A DNA stretch of 64,000 nt from Trichosphaerium sp. ATCC 40318 (taxonomy: Eukaryota > Protista > Tubulinea). The notes beneath the pieces are model-generated. The model searched no databases, had not been told where the DNA came from, and saw only the letters and a program-made list of their open reading frames with translations. Location of the stretch: contig JALMLS010000455.1 of the NCBI GenBank assembly GCA_038496445.1, positions 62,001 to 126,000 of the forward strand, read 5' to 3'. Of this stretch, positions 56,753 through 64,000 are shown piece by piece (the first letter of the stretch is position 1; every line of letters begins with the position of its first letter). Both the position numbers and the translations under genes were made by a program.

Positions 56753-58460
56753 CTAAGGAGGTTGGCGACAATGATTCAAACAAGTAAATACCCATTCTTC
56801 AACATTTGCCAAACTACTGGTAGGAGTTCTAACACATGTGACAACAATGTTATACTTAGTTCTTGAAATCGATTACATGTGAACATACGAAAAAGACTAC
56901 AAAGAAATTTGTTTATCATTCTGCATTTTGCAACAGTGATGATGTCTCACGTGTCTTTCTAATGTTTTTGGTATTTGATAAAAACCTTCTTCTAGATTCA
57001 CCATATCTGTTAAACTTTTGATCAATAACACCATTTGTCTAGATAGAATATCAATACCCTTTAAACAACAACGCCACAAAAAAAGTTCAAGAATATCTTT
57101 GTTGTTGCAAAATACAGTTCAAATCGTTCAAATTCTCTCCTTTTTTTTTCCCACCCACAGAAACGCCTTGCGTTTTATTTCGGCTATAAAAACTCTCTTT
57201 TCAAGGAAAAAAGTAGGATTTGAATGCAAAGAACTGCATGACAAAGTCATGTGTTGTTGCTTGTTTACTATCTTTATCACGTGACTTGTAAAAAAAAAAC
57301 CTGACATACCCTAAGTCTTTCGAATTCATCTTTTTGTAACAGCACTCGCTCACGTCTTTTGAAATGAGGCATAGATACAGTCCAAACCAATTTATACTGG
57401 GTACCTGTTACGCCTGAATTTACAACGCTAGTTTTTTCTGTACTGACTCTGTACGGGTGCACTAAACAAACAACGTCACAACAGAGTAGTCTTCACCACA
57501 AAACAAAGTACAAAGGGAAAAAGTATTGCACGTACTTTGATATGAAGTGTGTTCTATAATTGGACAGAAAAAACATCTGTATCGTTTTATTCGTATAGTA
57601 TGATCCTCCTCATCAATCTCACGCTCATAAATCCTGAGAGAATGTTAATATTTTGCACATTACTCAACAATCTTTGACGTTTATAAACAAGGATTGGTTG
57701 ATCCAAGAGGAGGTCAACAACTCGTCGTTTAATAAAACAATATCGTACCATGAACTCCACGGTATGGCTATTGAGAATAATATGCCCAGAAACAACTGAG
57801 GGGATATGACTAAACGGACAAAAAAAAGTTAGAAAAACGCATATTTTACATAGCGGTAAATCACGTGTATCTAGCTACGATTTATGAAAAGGACACGTTT
57901 ATAAAGTTACACAACGATATAAGTGTCCATCACGAACACTACGAGCATGTACGTCACTCTCCAATCGCTACTAGCGACTCCCGAATAACAAACCAAAAAA
58001 AAAAGATAAAACAAGAAAAAAACAGAACGTAACTTGGAAAGTTCGCCTTGTACTCCCTTGAGAATATATGCCTATCAATAGCAGCACCAGAAACAACAAC
58101 GACAATAATTAAAATCATTGACAAGAGCCACGATACAGCCAAAATGATATACAAAGCATGAAACACCTTTCTTTTACGAACAAGGACACCCTCCATTGTC
58201 TCTTTTACATAATCAATGCTTGTAAACGCTTCTGCAATATAAGGGTATACGAGAGTCTATTGTATCCTTTAAACGATGACCATATAGCTGTTAAACACAA
58301 GGACGTACTAGTATTGTAAAACAAAGAAAAGGAGTCACGTGAAAAATGTAAATCCGATCTTCTTCAAAAATAGACGTCGCATTGATGCTAGCAATGCCTT
58401 TATTGAGTTACTCGCGTAAATAAAAGTCGTGTGTCACTATTGCTTACCATCAAAACTCAT
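56753..58460 (-). CDS. Hypothetical multi-exon membrane protein
   Basis: MSFD-GIASINAT..., hydrophobic segments and canonical introns; 3' end approximate. Confidence 0.45.
57115..57236. mobile_element. MITE copy 2, degenerate right end
   Basis: TA-CAGTTCAAATCGTTCAAATTCTC...CACAGAAACGCCTT...TATAAAAAC shared with 51003-51133. Confidence 0.7.
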
Positions 58461-58686
58461 GACAGTGTCGTTGGTGCTTCCACTGTTTAACTTTTTCTCA
58501 GCTTGACTAATTTGGAATCTATTCACTAAAAAGTACGCAATATATTCACGTGATGCACGGTTTTAGAAGCTAATGCATCAGCGACAAGCTGATGATACTG
58601 TTAACACGCTACACAGAAGGGTTGCTCAGTTTTATGACTACAATCTTGTTACTTTATTCAAAGCTTTTTATTAAACGTAGATGGGC

Positions 58687-59302
58687 TTAAGTAAGTCTGT
58701 ATGCAATCTTGATAGCGCCAGCATCCTTTTTTTTTAATTTGAGGCTGTACCAATTAGAGTGATTGACATCTTTCTCAACTCCTTTAAGTGGAATCTCAAC
58801 AGAACCCATCTACAAATGCTAGTAAGTATTTTGAATGTATTTATAACCTATAGCAACATACAGGGTCATCACTGCTGAGATGATCATGGTCGAGTACATT
58901 AATACGTATTCTAGATAGGTAGGGATCTTTTACCGGGATACTAGCAGCGTATAAGATAACTCAATGCTAGCAAAAGCACAATAAAATTCTACAAAATACA
59001 AAATAAAATTAAAATAAAGGTTACTAACTCAAATTCTTTGTTCCAAACTGGCGATAGGGTGTTGCTTTTCTTCTTCGTTTTATAAACTTTAGACCAGTTA
59101 TATTCATAACCGACTTGTACTTGAACAAAAGGATCGCTCTTTCCTAATAATAACGTTATCCACGTGCTCTCAGGAGGCGTTAAAAATCCAAAAAATAAAG
59201 TAAAAACGTTTTGGTATTTGTTTAAACGAACAAACCTGTAGTATCAACATTAAGCAAACCCTTAGCCTCACATATTTGTACTTTTAACATTGAAACAGCC
59301 AT
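58687..59302 (-). CDS. Single C2-domain protein
   Basis: EAKGLLNVDTTGKSDPFV, NTLSPVWNKEF, VLDHDHLSSDDPMG. Confidence 0.9.
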
Positions 59303-59497
59303 TGCGTCACGTGTTGTATATACACCAAATAACTCGGAAAAGTCACAATAATTCACTCAACACAACACGGCCCAAAAAACACAGAACAGAAAAAAAAAAA
59401 CACAAAACGTCTATCGATTCAAGTTGTGTATGTACAAGGTAGTTGAACCCAAAAATACAAGAGTCCAGTAAGCAAAAAAATGGACAGGATTTGTATA

Positions 59498-60947
59498 CTA
59501 ATTACTACCAGAAAGATTCTGCCAACCTCTCTTCGCTTGTCCTTGAGGTTTCTTACGTTCTGTTTTATTTTGTCCACCCCATCTACCTTGTATTCTTGAC
59601 CTCTTTTTCTTTGCTCTCTTCTTCTTAGGACCTGGTTTTGCAGCTTCCTTTATGCACTAGTAAGTAGCCATAACAAAGGGGCAGTGGTAAAGGCGTTAAA
59701 TCCAATAGAATACGTCTTTCGTAAGCAAGAAGTACAAAACTCCAAAAAATAAATAAATGTTACCTCTTCCTTCATAACAAACGTATTAATCTTGTCAGTC
59801 ACATTGGCAATATCAACATCTGGTTTATTCTCACCATCATTAGATGTATTCAATGACGCATTATTTTCACTCGAGAACACTTGAGAGGGTTGTGGAGTCT
59901 ATTATTTGAACAAAACAGGTTGGCAATCTGAGAAACAGAAAAAAAAAAAGAAAGAAAACGCACATCATTGATGACCACATCACCTGTACCTCCATTCCTT
60001 GTACTTAGAGATTTCCGTTTACCCCATGCAATAATTGATATACGTGGACCTGGTTGCTTTGCAACTTTAGGTACACCATGAAGGAAAGGTGTATTGACAT
60101 CTGAATCAAATGCGAAGATATCACCATTTTTTTGAGGAAAACTAAAAACTTGACCAGATGCTTCATGCTTGAATACAAGCTCTCGTGTAGCTCCAAATGA
60201 TGCACCCATTGTGAAATCTTCTCTTTCATCATGTCCACCATATGCATGGCTATATAGGACACAGGATAAGCGAGACTGAGCAGAATGCCAACAAGGTTTT
60301 TGAAAAAAAAATTGTACCTATCATGATGAAACGGTTTCCATGACTGACCATCTGTTTATAGCGTTAAATTACCACATAACTTGTGTGTATACACTCTATG
60401 TACCTGGGTAGAAGTTCATACGGGTGGCATAAACATCTACATCGAAGTAAGCGGCCATTTTATTAACGACTTGTTTGAAAGAAGCGGAATAATTGGGATT
60501 CTACTTTCAAGTTATAACTTTGGAACTAAAGGATGCGCGAACCTCGTGTTTGAGATGTTTACTCCAGTTAACCATGCCTGTATCGCCGTTTTTTTGCATA
60601 TCAGCCGATAACGCCTTGAGTATCTCAAAGTCGCGTGGAGAAGCGAAAAAATGAGGCAAATAGATAGCGTGCCCGTCGCCTGCGTGTTTATGAGCAAAGT
60701 TTGTTGTAATGTTTTGCCGCGTACTCAAAAGCTTGTAATCATTCCATAAATTACCGTCAGTCATCGTGACTTGCGATTTGACCTGTTTAGCAGTTAATAT
60801 AACTCATTGTACTACAATTACAATACCATCTGCTTTGCATACTGACCAGCGCGATTACGCCGCGTCTACGTTAATGTATTTAAAATACAACCCAAAATAC
60901 GCAACAAATACCTCTTTTACATCCAAGTCATTCAAAGACGCTAGCAT
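59498..60947 (-). CDS. 2OG-Fe(II) dioxygenase, AlkB-like
   Basis: WKPFHHDSHA (HxD), TMGASFGATREL, FLHGVP, RISIIAWG. Two extra 5' exons from ATG 60947. Confidence 0.88.
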
Positions 60948-61272
60948 GATGGCTTATAATGGACCTACACCAGTAAAGAACGCACGAAATATATGTCAAA
61001 CAATGTCATCGGTTTTAAACCTAATTATTAGCATTACCGCAATGAATCGAGCAATAGGTGTTTACTTTGGGCCAGAAACATTCGGCTGGCACACAACCTA
61101 ACACAACCTAACCGTTAAACCGTTAAGCGTAAGAAACGAAGATGAAACGCCAAAAAAAAAACGGATTGCAGTGACAAGGAGTGGAGAACATACGTTGGCG
61201 ATAAAATAAATAACCGTTACAAAAGCAGGCAAAATAACGAATTAAACGAAGTGGAGTATGAAGCATGAAGGA

Positions 61273-61288
61273 GGTGTTAAAAAACACC
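61273..61288 (-). other. Histone 3' stem-loop (H3)
   Basis: GGTGTT-TTTT-AACACC, 26 nt after the stop. Confidence 0.8.
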
Positions 61289-61314
61289 AAGAGTAAACCT
61301 AAGGTACAAGCAAT

Positions 61315-61802
<488 letters not shown>

Positions 61803-61873
61803 TACGAGTTAGTTTAGTATTATTTTAGTGTGATTTAGGTCGCTTTAAGCTAGTGCAGCTTAGGTTTTAAGTG

Positions 61874-62420
<547 letters not shown>

Positions 62421-62440
62421 ATGGTTTATCAAAAGAATTT

Positions 62441-62456
62441 GGTGTTTTTTAACACC
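62441..62456 (+). other. Histone 3' stem-loop (H4)
   Basis: GGTGTT-TTTT-AACACC, 20 nt after the stop. Confidence 0.8.
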
Positions 62457-62641
62457 TCCTTTATGCTTCAAACTCGACTTGGTTTAATTTTCATTACTGT
62501 TTTAACGGTTATTTTTTGTTTCTGTTTTAGTACAAGGGGACGTTTAAACGGAGTTCGAGATGCTAACGATTGTCTGTTTGTTGATTCCTTTTTATTTTAC
62601 ATTATTTTATTTTTTTTCTCTTTCTGTTTCGCCTAGCCAAG

Positions 62642-64000
62642 CTATTCATACAGTTTCTTCCTTGTTCTTGTTGTGTTGTAATAAACAGCTTCACCGTCTG
62701 TTTTATAATCAGGTTCAAATGTGTTTTCATCATCTGACACTAAAGATTGCATATATTCATTGGTAGCTGTAAACATTGAATGATTCCTTTGATGAGAAGT
62801 AACTGCATCAGGTTGTGACCTCTCATTAATAGCTGATTGTGATTTACTTGGTGCAAGAGAATGAGACTTATCTTTAGGTTTCTTACGTCTGCGTCTAAAC
62901 AAGAAACTTAGCTGTGGGTAAAAGAAAAAAATAGCAAGAAATAGTCTTTCGATAAACTCCAAATACGTGATGTTCTTTCGGGTACGTTTTTGTCCCTTTC
63001 GGAACTAATAGCAGTGAAGCAATGATGAGCAAACTTATAACAAAGTAATCTTCGTTTTGAGGCCAATAAAAGAGTACTCTGAATTACTGTTTTTGCAAGA
63101 AAAACCCAAAAATTCAATTTTGTATTTTTTGTAGACGTGCAATTACCCCAAGTGATGCCATGTTGTAGATTCATAGTGAACCACAACGTGTTGGTCAACA
63201 TTTGAGATATAAAAAATTAATGCAGATAAATACGTTGCATACCTTAGTAGTCTTTTGCTGCTGAACTCTAATTTAACTGAACGGCTTGGAGCTTCAGTTG
63301 ACTTGTTTTTCCTATTAGTACTATCACGTGCTGTTCTCATACGTGGTGCACTTTTTCTTTTTTCTCTCTTTGTTTGTGCACGTCTTGCTAGTTTTAGTTC
63401 CTTCTTCTTAGATGGAACACGATGTGATTTTGAACCTCCTTTTCTAGGTACATTGTTCACATTGATTTTTATATTACTTGTATTGGGTTTTGAACCACTG
63501 GCTTTAGATGCATTATTATACACTCTCATAGATGGTGAATTATGTGATGTCATCTTAGGTATAAAATCCATATTTGTTGACTCAGAGAGAGATAAGTTAT
63601 CCCATAGTTGCTCTGTTAAATCATTCTTGGCTACAACAGAAATGAGTCAAGTCCAAAAAAGGGTAAAAAAAAGTGAAACGAGACACTTCAATTATGTTTT
63701 AGTCATAAATAATAACAAGTGTAGCGTGTAGAAAGAAAGGTAAGAAGATTAACTACCTGGCAAAAACCAAACTACGAGGGTTTTGCAAAGAAAAAAATGA
63801 GAAAAGAAACAACCCAAAAAGAATGCTTACGTGCTCCATATCCTTTAAAGGATATTTGATTTGTGTTTGGTGATTCTACAGGCTCATCATCTGTAGACTC
63901 CATAGCTGTTGCTAAGCTATCTAGAATTTTTAAGTCTTGCTGTAGAGAAGACTCTTCACTATCTATTGCGCTACTACTTATAGTAGACTCAATTTTACTT
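62642..64000 (-). CDS. 3' part of a Lys/Ser-rich membrane protein, truncated by the window edge
   Basis: Long open exon 63143-63571, hydrophobic segments and canonical introns. Confidence 0.45.

Noticed and set aside
60766-61101. 111-aa plus-strand ORF
   Set aside because: Antisense to the 5' exons of the AlkB-like gene

Overview
Gene-dense, AT-rich eukaryotic nuclear DNA with many short (about 40-90 nt) spliceosomal introns (GTACGT/GTAAGT/GTATGT donors, CTAAC/TTAAC branch points, YAG acceptors). TAA, TAG and TGA all act as stops. A CudA-family transcription factor points to an amoebozoan. Manual splicing gives about 27 gene models, including BPNT1, an F-box/LRR gene, a CudA-like TF, an F-box+SNF2 helicase, a PA-domain 7TM protein, a GT27-like glycosyltransferase, ELMO, Mpv17, an abcH-like ABC ATPase, VPS4, a flavin amine oxidase, calcineurin B, Cyc8/TrfA, VPS60, G-alpha, a stand-alone PAH protein, a C2 protein, an AlkB-like dioxygenase and a divergent H3-H4 pair. 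There are also several pseudogenes. The best hidden structures are: (1) a 5'-truncated LINE with poly(A) and a 16-bp TSD inside the last SNF2 intron; (2) a two-copy Tc1/mariner-type MITE; (3) a histone cassette with mirrored CCAAT modules, a central E2F site and near-identical 51-nt 3' elements carrying a 6-bp/4-nt stem-loop; (4) an 86-aa Sin3 PAH1-only microprotein; (5) a GalNAc-T homologue lacking its catalytic residues; (6) a spliced 57-aa micro-gene directly behind another gene; (7) strong CACGTG enrichment. Gene boundaries are hand-derived and family calls come from recalled motifs, not database searches.
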